This document shows positions 23,277-31,955 of a stretch of DNA of 31,955 nt, piece by piece; the first letter of the stretch is position 1; the number at the start of each line of letters is the position of its first letter. The DNA is from a virus. Under the pieces are notes generated by a model. It saw only the letters and a program-made list of their open reading frames with translations. It was not told where the DNA came from and did not search any database. Where the stretch lies: the UHGV virus genome UHGV-0175171. One strand, given 5' to 3'. Made by a program: the position numbers and the translations under genes.

Positions 23277-23831
23277 ATGTTTAATAACTCTCTAATAAGT
23301 GATTTTGTACTTTCTGATAATATCCCCCAATACCAAAACAAAACATGGTCTGGTGAGGTAATTACCCGTATTGTCGGAACACAGTACTTCAGCATAAGTT
23401 TTAAGGTTACAACAAGTAAAAAATACAGAACCGATTTAACAAACTTTCTTGCACTCTATTCCAATGGCAGACCTTTTGATATGTCTCTTGGTTGGTGGGG
23501 TGATTATTCAGGTAATCAGGCGACAGGTGTACAGGTAACAGCAGCCCGTACAGCCGGGGCTACATCTATTCAGACCAATACTAATAACCTTTCCCCAGGT
23601 GATTTAATTCAATTCTCAGGACACAAAAAACTCTATCGTGTTATTGCCCGTAGTGGAACGACTCTGAATATCTACCCAGGACTGATCCGAAATATCCAGA
23701 TAGGGGAAACAGTAAAATACGATAATCTAATGGGTTCTTTTATTCTTACACCTGCTAACTCTACATATGACTTACCAAGTACGAATATTATTGAAATGAC
23801 AATTACGGCAACAGAGAATATAAGGGGATAA
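23277..23831 (+). CDS. minor tail protein (distal tail / gpM position)
   Basis: 184-aa ORF immediately after the tape measure gene; call is by position. Confidence 0.5.
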   Translation: MFNNSLISDFVLSDNIPQYQNKTWSGEVITRIVGTQYFSISFKVTTSKKYRTDLTNFLALYSNGRPFDMSLGWWGDYSGNQATGVQVTAARTAGATSIQTNTNNLSPGDLIQFSGHKKLYRVIARSGTTLNIYPGLIRNIQIGETVKYDNLMGSFILTPANSTYDLPSTNIIEMTITATENIRG

Positions 23832-23832
23832 T

Positions 23833-24477
23833 ATGGCAATTCCAAACAATGTACTAAGTAACCCAGAATTAGTAAAGTACTGGAATCTAATGCGGGGTGA
23901 TAATAAGTCAGTTCTTACAGAAAGGGAATTATACCAGTGTGGAATCATGGTAAAACTGATTGATCTATTACCTCCTACAGGAAGTAATCTATACCTTACT
24001 GATGCAGTAGTAGAACAGAATATCAATGGCATTGTATATAAACCAATTCCAGATCTAATTGATTCATCCTTTGCGAACTATGTAGAAAAGAATCAGATCA
24101 ATAATACCGGTACTACGTTTAAGATTAGTAACGTAAGCCAGGATTATCTTTCCCTTGCTTTAAGAGGATTGTGGAAAGATGCCAAAGTTAATATCTGGAT
24201 GGGGATCGTTAACCCTGCAACAGGTGCACTTCTTTACCGTTATCGTATTTTTAGTGGATATATAGATTATTTTAGCAGTGATTTTTCTGTAGATGGAACT
24301 AACACACAGAATGAAACCACTGTTAATCTCAATTCCATATGGAAGAAATTAGACCAGACACAACGTCTACTATCAAGTACATCAATTCACCAATCAACCC
24401 ATAAGGGTGATAAGTTCTTTGATCTAATCGGAATACTAAATAGTTCAGAGCAGTTTTGGCAAGCGAGTAAAAAATAA
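23833..24477 (+). CDS. minor tail protein (gpL-like N-terminal region, lacking a Cys cluster)
   Basis: Weak similarity to the lambda gpL N-terminus (YKPIPDL vs YQPYPI; TFKISN vs TLTVSN, recalled); position and TAATG coupling. Confidence 0.45.
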   Translation: MAIPNNVLSNPELVKYWNLMRGDNKSVLTERELYQCGIMVKLIDLLPPTGSNLYLTDAVVEQNINGIVYKPIPDLIDSSFANYVEKNQINNTGTTFKISNVSQDYLSLALRGLWKDAKVNIWMGIVNPATGALLYRYRIFSGYIDYFSSDFSVDGTNTQNETTVNLNSIWKKLDQTQRLLSSTSIHQSTHKGDKFFDLIGILNSSEQFWQASKK

Positions 24478-24866
24478 TGAATGGATTTATTACAGAATAT
24501 CTTAGTACTCTAATCGGTCAGCCAATTGTATACGGTGAAAATGATTGTCATATCATGTCTCTGACTGTTATTGATATGCATCTTGGTACAAATTACAGGG
24601 ACGAAATCTATCAGAAATATACGTCACCTACTGGCGGTCGAAAGTACGCAAAAGAACATTGTTCATATAAATCACTAAATGCCCTATGTAATGATCTGGG
24701 TATAAAACAAGTAGAACCATTTGATGGGGATATCCTAATTACTGGCTCCCAATCTACTGTGTACTGGAGAGGTAAAGTAATCATTTTAATCGATGGTGTC
24801 TATACAGTAATGAAATATGAACCAATAGAAAACAATTATAAAATTTATAGATTCGGAGGGAAATAA
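24477..24866 (+). CDS. tail tip assembly protein (gpK-like position; possible Cys-containing peptidase-like motif)
   Basis: 129-aa ORF with TAATG coupling; motif GENDCHIM; call is by position only. Confidence 0.35.
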   Translation: MNGFITEYLSTLIGQPIVYGENDCHIMSLTVIDMHLGTNYRDEIYQKYTSPTGGRKYAKEHCSYKSLNALCNDLGIKQVEPFDGDILITGSQSTVYWRGKVIILIDGVYTVMKYEPIENNYKIYRFGGK

Positions 24867-24867
24867 C

Positions 24868-27800
24868 ATGGCAGTAGCAGCCGTATTAACAGCAGTAATA
24901 GCAGGTGCATCAGCCGCCGCCGCAGCTTACGCAGCAGTGGGTCTTGCAGCATCTATCGCTATTGGTGTTGGTGTAGCAGCATTATCCTATGTTGCATCCT
25001 CCCAGATGATGCGTGTTGGAGATCAGGGGGTAAACTATCCCAGTACTGGAACGGTTAACTCTCGAAGTACTTCACCCAGTACTGGGATACCGATTGTATA
25101 TGGCGGTACTAATAGAAGCCTGACCGAAGAATCATTTGTTAAGGTAGGTTCCATTGTCGTATGGCAGAACGTCTATAAGGGACAAAGTAACCAACTATGC
25201 ACAGTGCATGCTATTAGTATCGGGGAGATCGGACGTGCTCCAGGTGCACAATCTGGTGCCGTAATTAAACAGGTATACTTTGATAACAGTCCAATCTTAC
25301 TAGATGATGCCGAAATAACCAGTGAGGGTATTGTTTCTACATCCCTTATGCGTGAGAAGTATCGTAACTTCCTCCAGCTCGAAATTCGTTTTGGAAAGCC
25401 GTCTTATGGTGGTTCTATGACACTTGCCCGGCAATATGGCGGATCTCGCTGGACTGATGAAATGCGTGGTGATGGATTAGTACAGGTTTGTTCGGTTATC
25501 CGTAAGACTAATGGTAGTCTGACTGATGGTATTTTAGTGAATCAAAACTATGCACTTTCATTGGAGATGAAAGGACGTCTAATTTATGACCTTACTGATA
25601 ACATTCGTAAACCCTCCAGTAATCCACCGAGTCAGTTATATGACTTTATCACAAATAATGAATTTGGTTTCAACACTGATCCTAATGATATTGATATTGC
25701 ATCATTTCGTAATTGTGCAATGTACTGTAAGAATAATGAACTATATTCAAATGGTGCTATTGCCTATGATAAGTCATATAAAGAAAACCTTGAAAGCATC
25801 TTGTCTACATTCGGTGGTGTAATATATGAATCGAATGGTATTATGTATCTCACCGTAGATACTGCCGATGTCCCACTATATCATTTTGATGAAAAAAACA
25901 TTCTCGGTACTGTGAATATCACAACTGGTTCTAATACGGATTATGCGAACGTATTCGATGTGACCTATACAAACCCAGGCGGTGATTACTCAGAAGATAT
26001 TATTCGTTATCCAAGTGATACGCTTACAAATGAAACAGTGGTACGGGATGGTTTAATCATTAAAAAAGACCTTAATCTAAAATGGATTCAGGACAAAAAA
26101 CAACTTGCTAAAATGGCTAATACCGAACTATTAAAATCTAAGTATGTTCTTAATAGTATAACTTTTAACACATACGTTACCGATCTCACAGTCTACGATG
26201 TTTTTACACTCAGTTTCAAAGAAGCCGGATTTGTTAATAATAAGTTCCGTGTAATACAACGTACTGTACCGATGACCGTAGATAAGACTGGTGTCGTACA
26301 GATTACCGCTATAGCCTATGCGGACGGCATATATCAGGGGAAAGACCATGGACGATTCCCACAGGACGGGATCACAAATCTACCAAACGCGACATACGTA
26401 GAACCTCCATCAAACTTGCAGGTGCAGAAACTTGGTGCAACCGTTAACGGTAATGCCGTGCTTATGACATGGGATTTAAGCCAGGATTCAAGCGTACGGG
26501 GTTATAAGATTAGATATAAACGCAGTGATTCGAATACATGGATCTCGATTGGTAACGTAGGACAGTACACCACAGAGTTTCAGATACTGAATCTAATCCA
26601 CGGTGTTAAATATGATTTTGGTATTGAGGCGTATAACACTCTCGGTTATTCATCTGAGTTAGTTGCAATTTATAATCAAACTCCACAGGTGATTTTTGCC
26701 CTACCAAAGATTACTAATCTTGATATGACTAACGATAATATGGGATTGAACCAGACTTATTCACAAGATTTTATATTCAGATGGGATGAACAAAGTACTT
26801 TGCCAGTAAATGGAAAACGATTCTCTGATTTTTTCAAATATTATGAAATTCGTGTGTATGACCGTTATCGTACATATATTAAGTCGTACTTTACAACGGA
26901 CTTTAACTGGACATATACCTTTGCAATGAATCAATCTGATGGACTTAACAGATATCGTGTAATTGGTATTATTGCCCACGGTCACGGTACTGGAATTTAT
27001 TCAGAAGAAGTACAGATTGAAGTAAGTAACCCACAGCACCCCCAATTACTTGGTGTACGTTTGCGTAATGGCTATGATAATGTGTTCTTAGAATGGGATG
27101 AATCAAACGTACCAGACTATTCTGGTGTAGTGTTCCAGTGTGCTAAGGATGAGGGTTTTAGTTCGGATGTTCACTATTTCAGTTCTTCTAACCGCTTCTC
27201 AGCTTCATTTGGGATAGAGGATGGATCGTGGTTCGGACGTCTTGCAGCATATGATGTAATGGGACAGGATGAATTAGTATGGTCGCCAACTATTGGTTTT
27301 AACCAGAATACTAAAGTTCCGTACTCAAAGCTAAATGATGATGTTGTAGATGAATTACTGAATTCAGATGTTGCCACAGGCATTATTGAGAAACATATTG
27401 TTGATGACCTTGGTTCACGCTGGCAGGTTCAGGTGACGAATAACGGCAACGTGTCAGGTGTATCACTTGCTAATGACGGGAAAAACTCAGCATTTACGGT
27501 AATGGCAGATCGTTTCAGTATTATTTCTACTGACAGTGCTAAACAGACTGATAAGGTATATCCGTTTGTAGTTCAGAATGGTAAGACTTATATCAATAGT
27601 GCGGTCATTGGAGACGCGAGTATAAACACAGGGCAGATAAATGACCTTGCCGTTTCGCGTGCGAAAATTCAGATAGCAGCAATCGACTCAGCTCGCATAG
27701 CCAATGCTTCAATCCTTAATGGACACATAGTTAACGGGGTTATCGACTCAGCAAAAATATCCCAGCAAATTCAATCTACAAACTGGAATGGTAGTACAGG

Positions 27801-28425
27801 CTGGATGATCAATAAGAATGGTAAGGCAAGCTTCCAGGACGTATCAGTACGGGGTAATATTCAGGCAACCAGTGGAACCATGAATAATGTTACTATTAAC
27901 CAGGACTGTACAATTCTTGGTACTCTTAATGCATCACGTATTGTTGGTGATCAGTGCAGACCTCAAAGTACTGGAGTTAATCGACAGGGGAACGTATGGG
28001 CACCTCCTGGGGTAGAATTCCCAGAAAACTATAGACCAGAACCAGGTCGACTATATGTAGGATTGCGTATTAAAGGGGAGGACTTTGCAAGGACTCTGAA
28101 TAGTAATATGAGTTTTTATTTTACATGCTGGAAGTGGAACTATTTTCAAGTGTTTGTTGGTGGGGATGGAATAGCAAACCGTCTATTATGGGGTTATGAT
28201 GCAGGTTCCGGTGGTGAAGATACGCCAGTTTCATATAAAATTGATAATATTCAAATTCCTGCTGTAGGTAGGGGTAAGATGAATTATCTATATGTAATGG
28301 CTTCAGATGGCCGTAGTGGTTCATGTGGACTGGATATAGGCGAACATCAGGGAAACAATAATCTACCAGGTGACAGACTTGATCTCTTCTTATTCCGTAG
28401 TGGTGAGAACCCCGTTAGTAACTAA
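24868..28425 (+). CDS. central tail fibre / host specificity protein (lambda gpJ-like) with an N-terminal gpI-like hydrophobic region and a fibronectin type III domain
   Basis: C-terminal SGTMNNVTINQDCTILGTLNASRIVGDQ matches lambda gpJ SGTLSNVTIAENCTINGTLRAEKIVGDI (recalled). N-terminal Ala/Gly-rich hydrophobic stretch and GIPIVYGG resemble the gpI C-terminus. FN3-like segment around nt 26400-26670 (YKIRYKRSDSNTWISIG...YDFGIEAYN). Confidence 0.85.
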   Translation: MAVAAVLTAVIAGASAAAAAYAAVGLAASIAIGVGVAALSYVASSQMMRVGDQGVNYPSTGTVNSRSTSPSTGIPIVYGGTNRSLTEESFVKVGSIVVWQNVYKGQSNQLCTVHAISIGEIGRAPGAQSGAVIKQVYFDNSPILLDDAEITSEGIVSTSLMREKYRNFLQLEIRFGKPSYGGSMTLARQYGGSRWTDEMRGDGLVQVCSVIRKTNGSLTDGILVNQNYALSLEMKGRLIYDLTDNIRKPSSNPPSQLYDFITNNEFGFNTDPNDIDIASFRNCAMYCKNNELYSNGAIAYDKSYKENLESILSTFGGVIYESNGIMYLTVDTADVPLYHFDEKNILGTVNITTGSNTDYANVFDVTYTNPGGDYSEDIIRYPSDTLTNETVVRDGLIIKKDLNLKWIQDKKQLAKMANTELLKSKYVLNSITFNTYVTDLTVYDVFTLSFKEAGFVNNKFRVIQRTVPMTVDKTGVVQITAIAYADGIYQGKDHGRFPQDGITNLPNATYVEPPSNLQVQKLGATVNGNAVLMTWDLSQDSSVRGYKIRYKRSDSNTWISIGNVGQYTTEFQILNLIHGVKYDFGIEAYNTLGYSSELVAIYNQTPQVIFALPKITNLDMTNDNMGLNQTYSQDFIFRWDEQSTLPVNGKRFSDFFKYYEIRVYDRYRTYIKSYFTTDFNWTYTFAMNQSDGLNRYRVIGIIAHGHGTGIYSEEVQIEVSNPQHPQLLGVRLRNGYDNVFLEWDESNVPDYSGVVFQCAKDEGFSSDVHYFSSSNRFSASFGIEDGSWFGRLAAYDVMGQDELVWSPTIGFNQNTKVPYSKLNDDVVDELLNSDVATGIIEKHIVDDLGSRWQVQVTNNGNVSGVSLANDGKNSAFTVMADRFSIISTDSAKQTDKVYPFVVQNGKTYINSAVIGDASINTGQINDLAVSRAKIQIAAIDSARIANASILNGHIVNGVIDSAKISQQIQSTNWNGSTGWMINKNGKASFQDVSVRGNIQATSGTMNNVTINQDCTILGTLNASRIVGDQCRPQSTGVNRQGNVWAPPGVEFPENYRPEPGRLYVGLRIKGEDFARTLNSNMSFYFTCWKWNYFQVFVGGDGIANRLLWGYDAGSGGEDTPVSYKIDNIQIPAVGRGKMNYLYVMASDGRSGSCGLDIGEHQGNNNLPGDRLDLFLFRSGENPVSN

Positions 28426-28487
28426 AACTAAATAAATATGGGTAGCCTAAAAACTACCTATAATAATTAAAAAGGGAACTAAAGGGA

Positions 28488-28754
28488 ATGGTAGAATTGG
28501 TAATTGCAGGGATTGCAGTTTTTCTAACTTTTGTAGCATTAATCTGGACTATCATTCGTGATAATAAGACTGATGATGCAGAAATAGAAGCACGTCTTGC
28601 CTCAGTAGAAACACGACTTGCACTTGTAGAACAATCTGTTACTACATTACGAAGTGAGCATGAAGCTATGAAGATTACTCTTAAGTCAGTTGATGAATCA
28701 ATCAGACGACTTGAAGTAGATATTGCACGTATTCTTGTGATACTTGAAAAATAA
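28488..28754 (+). CDS. small protein with an N-terminal TM helix and a coiled coil (unknown function)
   Basis: 88-aa ORF with an AAGGGAA RBS; hydrophobic N-terminus then heptad-like helix; ends at a strong terminator. Confidence 0.45.
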   Translation: MVELVIAGIAVFLTFVALIWTIIRDNKTDDAEIEARLASVETRLALVEQSVTTLRSEHEAMKITLKSVDESIRRLEVDIARILVILEK

Positions 28755-28779
28755 AAAGGGGCTTAATGCCCCTTTTTTA
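28754..28779. terminator. strong bidirectional intrinsic terminator
   Basis: Perfect stem aaaaggggc/gcccctttt with a 5-nt loop, between the convergent stop codons at 28752-28754 (+) and 28777-28779 (-); T-runs on both sides. Confidence 0.8.
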
Positions 28780-29223
28780 TTTGTTAATTAAATCTTTAAT
28801 CATTTGGTCAAGTCTATTCGGTGTCTGACGATACCATAAACTATCCTTTGCCTGTTTAATTGCTTCTGTATAATTATTGTTTTGTAATGCAATGATCATC
28901 TTTTTAAACTTCTTAGTACCACCTAAGCCTAACTGAAAAATCATAATAACCATGAAGTCTTCCCAGTCCTGTGGTAATTTCAAATTTAAGGTAGATAAAT
29001 CACGTTTGGCAATGCCAATATCTTTATCCAGTAGTTTATCTGCTTCATCCTCGTTAATGCCGTTAGAGAACGATTCAGAGGCTTTTAGTAGATGTCCATA
29101 TCCAATCGTATCTTTGTTCTCACTACATTTATACACCCAGAATTTACCATTGCGATAATAACCCATATGGGCTTGGTATTCTTTCGTACCTTCATATACT
29201 TTTAATTTTTCTCTTAAACACAT
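28777..29223 (-). CDS. endolysin, T4-type lysozyme (glycoside hydrolase family 24)
   Basis: LKVYEGTKEY...TIGYGHLL and SLWYRQTPNRLDQM match T4 lysozyme LKIYKDTEGYYTIGIGHLL and SRWYNQTPNRAKRV (recalled). Start placed at the ATG at 29223 (GAGG RBS); the ORF is open to 29277. Confidence 0.85.
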   Translation of the reverse strand: MCLREKLKVYEGTKEYQAHMGYYRNGKFWVYKCSENKDTIGYGHLLKASESFSNGINEDEADKLLDKDIGIAKRDLSTLNLKLPQDWEDFMVIMIFQLGLGGTKKFKKMIIALQNNNYTEAIKQAKDSLWYRQTPNRLDQMIKDLINK

Positions 29224-29259
29224 AAATACCTCATAAATTATTGTTTGTGGGGTATTTAT

Positions 29260-29688
29260 ATGAAATGGACAATGCATGATCCTGAGACATGGGATTATGA
29301 AGATATAAATGACGGGAGGTATGCAGCTTTTGTATATATGATCACTTTTGACGATGGTTCATATTATTTTGGTGTAAAGTCAATCTTCAAAGGTATTCGG
29401 GATGTAAAGAAGCTGAAGCCAACTACAAAGGAATCCAACTGGGAGAATTATTATTCTTCCTCAAAGAAAGTGCAGGCAATGGTCGATTCAGGTCTGAACT
29501 ATGAAAAACAAATACTATGGTGTTTCAGTACGACGAATGAAGCCGAGCAGGTAGAAGCGGCGTTGATTCTATTCTTAGGACAGCAATCAAATAATTTGAA
29601 TCTTGCCGTGATGTGTAAAGTACGGCTTGGTAAAAATCGTTCTGAAACATTCAAAGTACTGCAACAATTATTAGAGAGGTTATCATGA
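29260..29688 (+). CDS. free-standing GIY-YIG nuclease domain protein
   Basis: AAFVYMITFDDGSYYFGVKS (GIY...YIG motifs), downstream conserved Arg and an acidic NEAEQVE segment with a terminal Asn; ~143 aa with no obvious DNA-binding extension. Confidence 0.55.
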   Translation: MKWTMHDPETWDYEDINDGRYAAFVYMITFDDGSYYFGVKSIFKGIRDVKKLKPTTKESNWENYYSSSKKVQAMVDSGLNYEKQILWCFSTTNEAEQVEAALILFLGQQSNNLNLAVMCKVRLGKNRSETFKVLQQLLERLS

Positions 29689-30278
29689 AATGGAAGAATG
29701 GTCATTCACCAGATGATATGAAAAAATTTGTTAATAAAAATTCCCCAAAGATCGGTAAACACTTCAAAAAAGAACTAAGTAATCGTATGCGTAATGTTAC
29801 CCAACAGATACAGCATAAAATTAACCAGGAAGTAGATGGTGGTGTAATTCCATATACGGGTAGAGCGATGTACTTTAATTTTAAACGGCTTAATGAATTT
29901 GAGAGTGTAAACCAGATTATAGTACTGGGAAATCAGGCGAGATACTTAAAGCATATTATTGACCCTGATTATGTAGGGAATAAGGAATATAAAGCGATCC
30001 CATACCAAAACGCCAAGAAGACAAAACAGGGTAATATAAGTCAACTTAAATCAAAGCGTAAGAACGATAAATATAAAAAAGTGAAGAGTAAGACGTCTGG
30101 AAAGACATATCTAATCGACACTACCAAGAAGACGAAAACGAGTAAGGAACGTGTTATTGGTTATTATGGAAGTGTTGGAAGAAAACCAATATTTGATTTT
30201 TATGACACAACCGAAAAAATGGTATTACGACAACTTCAAACTATGAGTGGTACATTCGAATATAAATGGAGAAAATAA
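29685..30278 (+). CDS. hypothetical Lys-rich basic protein
   Basis: ORF coupled to the upstream gene (ATGA overlap); highly basic C-terminal half. Confidence 0.5.
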   Translation: MKWKNGHSPDDMKKFVNKNSPKIGKHFKKELSNRMRNVTQQIQHKINQEVDGGVIPYTGRAMYFNFKRLNEFESVNQIIVLGNQARYLKHIIDPDYVGNKEYKAIPYQNAKKTKQGNISQLKSKRKNDKYKKVKSKTSGKTYLIDTTKKTKTSKERVIGYYGSVGRKPIFDFYDTTEKMVLRQLQTMSGTFEYKWRK

Positions 30279-30598
30279 TGAATATACTTGATCAATATCC
30301 CTGTTATGACCATACCGTACTGGATGAATTCCTATTTCAAAACGTCAAACCTGTAAGTGTTACTTTGCCATATGACAAAGTGTTTTCGGGTAGCAAGTTA
30401 ATTAAAAAGAAGGTAGATAAGAGTAAAGGGGATTTGATTGTATTCAGTTTCAATCTAAACAATATTCCGAATGTTAATGATGGTGATGTACTCGATACCG
30501 TATGTCTTGGTGATAATAAGACAGTAGCAGTACTGTCATGTTTTAATCAAGTCTACAAAGGTCATCGCGTTTGGTCAGTCGTATGCCAGTTACAATAA
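30278..30598 (+). CDS. hypothetical protein
   Basis: ORF with a TAATG overlap and a GGAG RBS; the track start at 30266 is less likely. Confidence 0.5.
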   Translation: MNILDQYPCYDHTVLDEFLFQNVKPVSVTLPYDKVFSGSKLIKKKVDKSKGDLIVFSFNLNNIPNVNDGDVLDTVCLGDNKTVAVLSCFNQVYKGHRVWSVVCQLQ

Positions 30599-30609
30599 GG
30601 AAATGAAAT

Positions 30610-30900
30610 ATGATAAATGCAATCTCCGTATTAATTAGTACGATAATGAGTCTTTTTACAAAGACAAAAATAATTGAAAAAGAGGAACATAAAACTAACA
30701 CTGATGGACAGATTGAGACAAATAAAATTGAAATTGAGCAAAACACCTTTCACTGGAGAAACTTCCTTGGTTTTGTACTTTCCCTAATCATTTTATATAA
30801 TTGGATAATTGTTCCTGTTCTTGATGCGTTTGGTATTGTATTAATACAAATTCCACTAGGTGAGCTACTACAGATACTTTTAATCATGGTGGGTGGTTGA
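30610..30900 (+). CDS. small membrane protein (2-3 TM helices), holin-like
   Basis: 96-aa ORF with an AAGGAAA RBS; hydrophobic N-terminus and two C-terminal hydrophobic helices; in the neighbourhood of the endolysin. Confidence 0.4.
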   Translation: MINAISVLISTIMSLFTKTKIIEKEEHKTNTDGQIETNKIEIEQNTFHWRNFLGFVLSLIILYNWIIVPVLDAFGIVLIQIPLGELLQILLIMVGG

Positions 30901-31584
30901 CTTAGTAATTACAAATAATGACCTCCAGGTGTTCATCCAAGATGTAGATAGAATCTGTGTTAAGGCATAGCATTGATTGAAGCTAATTTGATTGAACTCA
31001 TATGATTTTTTACGAGCCATGCCATTAACATCTTTATATGAAAAGATCATCATTTGGCTAAGCTCTGAAAATTTATATAAAGTACTAATGTACTGGGTTA
31101 TGCCATCTCGTTGATCTGGTCTTATTTCGATTTCCCAAACTTTTAATATGTCTTTTTGTGAAGAAAGCACAGATAAATGAGTTTTAAAATCTAACCATAA
31201 TGTCTCAATTTCATTATTGAGTTTTTCATAATGTGGGTCTGTTTTTCCCAAATTTTTGGTGCCTAAATAGCAATACATATTCATTATGTGCTCAAATACT
31301 TTTTCTGACTTTAATTTAGCATCGGATAAATGAACAATAAAATTATTTGCTTGTTCGAATCCTTTCGTATGTGTCTTTTCATTGTACCAATTTTTGACTT
31401 TATATAGTGTATAAGTAGCAATGCTTGCCAATACTGTATCCATAATGGCAGATACAGTAGAACTATTAAATTCATGAAAACCTAAGACATCTATATATAT
31501 CGGGATCAGTATTCCGACTGCTAAACAAGCTATATGAGAAAATTTAATTTGTTTAACTAATTTTTTAAAATGATGTTTTTTCAT
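30880..31584 (-). CDS. membrane protein with two N-terminal TM helices; third member of the 2-TM family seen at 4747..6065
   Basis: Inter-helix segment GFHEFNSSTVSAIMDTVLASIATYTLY resembles GFEWGSFTDWISASSSIITLIFAFYVY of 5355..6065. Start uncertain (ATG at 31584 preferred over the TTG at 31626; no clear RBS). Confidence 0.5.
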   Translation of the reverse strand: MKKHHFKKLVKQIKFSHIACLAVGILIPIYIDVLGFHEFNSSTVSAIMDTVLASIATYTLYKVKNWYNEKTHTKGFEQANNFIVHLSDAKLKSEKVFEHIMNMYCYLGTKNLGKTDPHYEKLNNEIETLWLDFKTHLSVLSSQKDILKVWEIEIRPDQRDGITQYISTLYKFSELSQMMIFSYKDVNGMARKKSYEFNQISFNQCYALTQILSTSWMNTWRSLFVITKSTTHHD

Positions 31585-31653
31585 ATAAGAGATTTTAATC
31601 ACCGATGAATAGATTGTCGAATTCAAGAGTTCTCAGATAATCTTATGATCTAC

Positions 31654-31688
31654 AAAGCCCGCAGTAAATTGAGCGGGCTTTATTTTTG
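31654..31688 (+). terminator. intrinsic terminator-like hairpin
   Basis: Stem aaagcccgc/gcgggcttt with a 10-nt loop, followed by ATTTTTG; lies between two minus-strand genes, so the strand served is uncertain. Confidence 0.45.
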
Positions 31689-31695
31689 CTAATCA

Positions 31696-31905
31696 TTACC
31701 AATCCCAGTTAACTGTAGTGTTTAAACCACGCAGATTAGTATGTTCTGTTCGTGTCGCTGTGAGCACAACTTCACCAGTACCTTTTGTGACAATATCAAA
31801 GACTTCAATTTCTGTTTGTCCCATTGTCCCTTTGGTTCTAAAGCTCTTACGTACGTAGCTATATTGATCTCTTGGATAGTTATTTTCAAATTGTTCATCT
31901 GTCAT
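31696..31905 (-). CDS. hypothetical small protein (69 aa)
   Basis: ORF with a strong minus-strand RBS (AGGAGA, 8-nt spacer, ATG). Confidence 0.5.
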   Translation of the reverse strand: MTDEQFENNYPRDQYSYVRKSFRTKGTMGQTEIEVFDIVTKGTGEVVLTATRTEHTNLRGLNTTVNWDW

Positions 31906-31955
31906 TGGTCAACTCTCCTAGTAGTTTCAAAATCATAAAACATTTTGTGCAGGTA

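Overview
This window is an AT-rich stretch of a lambda-like siphovirus genome or prophage, and essentially all of it is phage-derived. Everything below is read by eye from the sequence and the supplied ORF track; homologies are recalled from memory of lambda/T4/HK97 proteins and no database search was run. Left to right: (1) a 5'-truncated large serine recombinase; (2) a small early/regulatory module with a 52-aa membrane peptide, a ribbon-helix-helix protein missed by the ORF track, an AP2-domain protein, and a perfect 23-bp palindrome; (3) a ~650-bp non-coding block with TTCGCATAAT iteron-like repeats and a GC-richer GTACT-rich segment; (4) a reverse-oriented four-gene accessory cassette (a protein with an R-N-x3-H HEPN-type motif plus three membrane proteins, two of them paralogous), which is my best candidate for an undescribed defence or exclusion system; (5) a canonical late operon on the + strand: Nu1-like TerS, gpA-like TerL split by a frameshift in an A7 run, portal, a fused prohead protease-scaffold-major capsid protein, connector proteins, two tail-tube paralogs flanking a 951-aa protein, G/G-T chaperones with an A_AAA_AAG slippery site, tape measure, tail-tip proteins and a gpI/gpJ-like central fibre; (6) a right-hand accessory region with a T4-type lysozyme on the opposite strand, a free-standing GIY-YIG nuclease, a holin-like protein and a third paralog of the 2-TM family. 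I saw no rRNA, tRNA or CRISPR array. The hexamer AGTACT is strikingly over-represented along the window.
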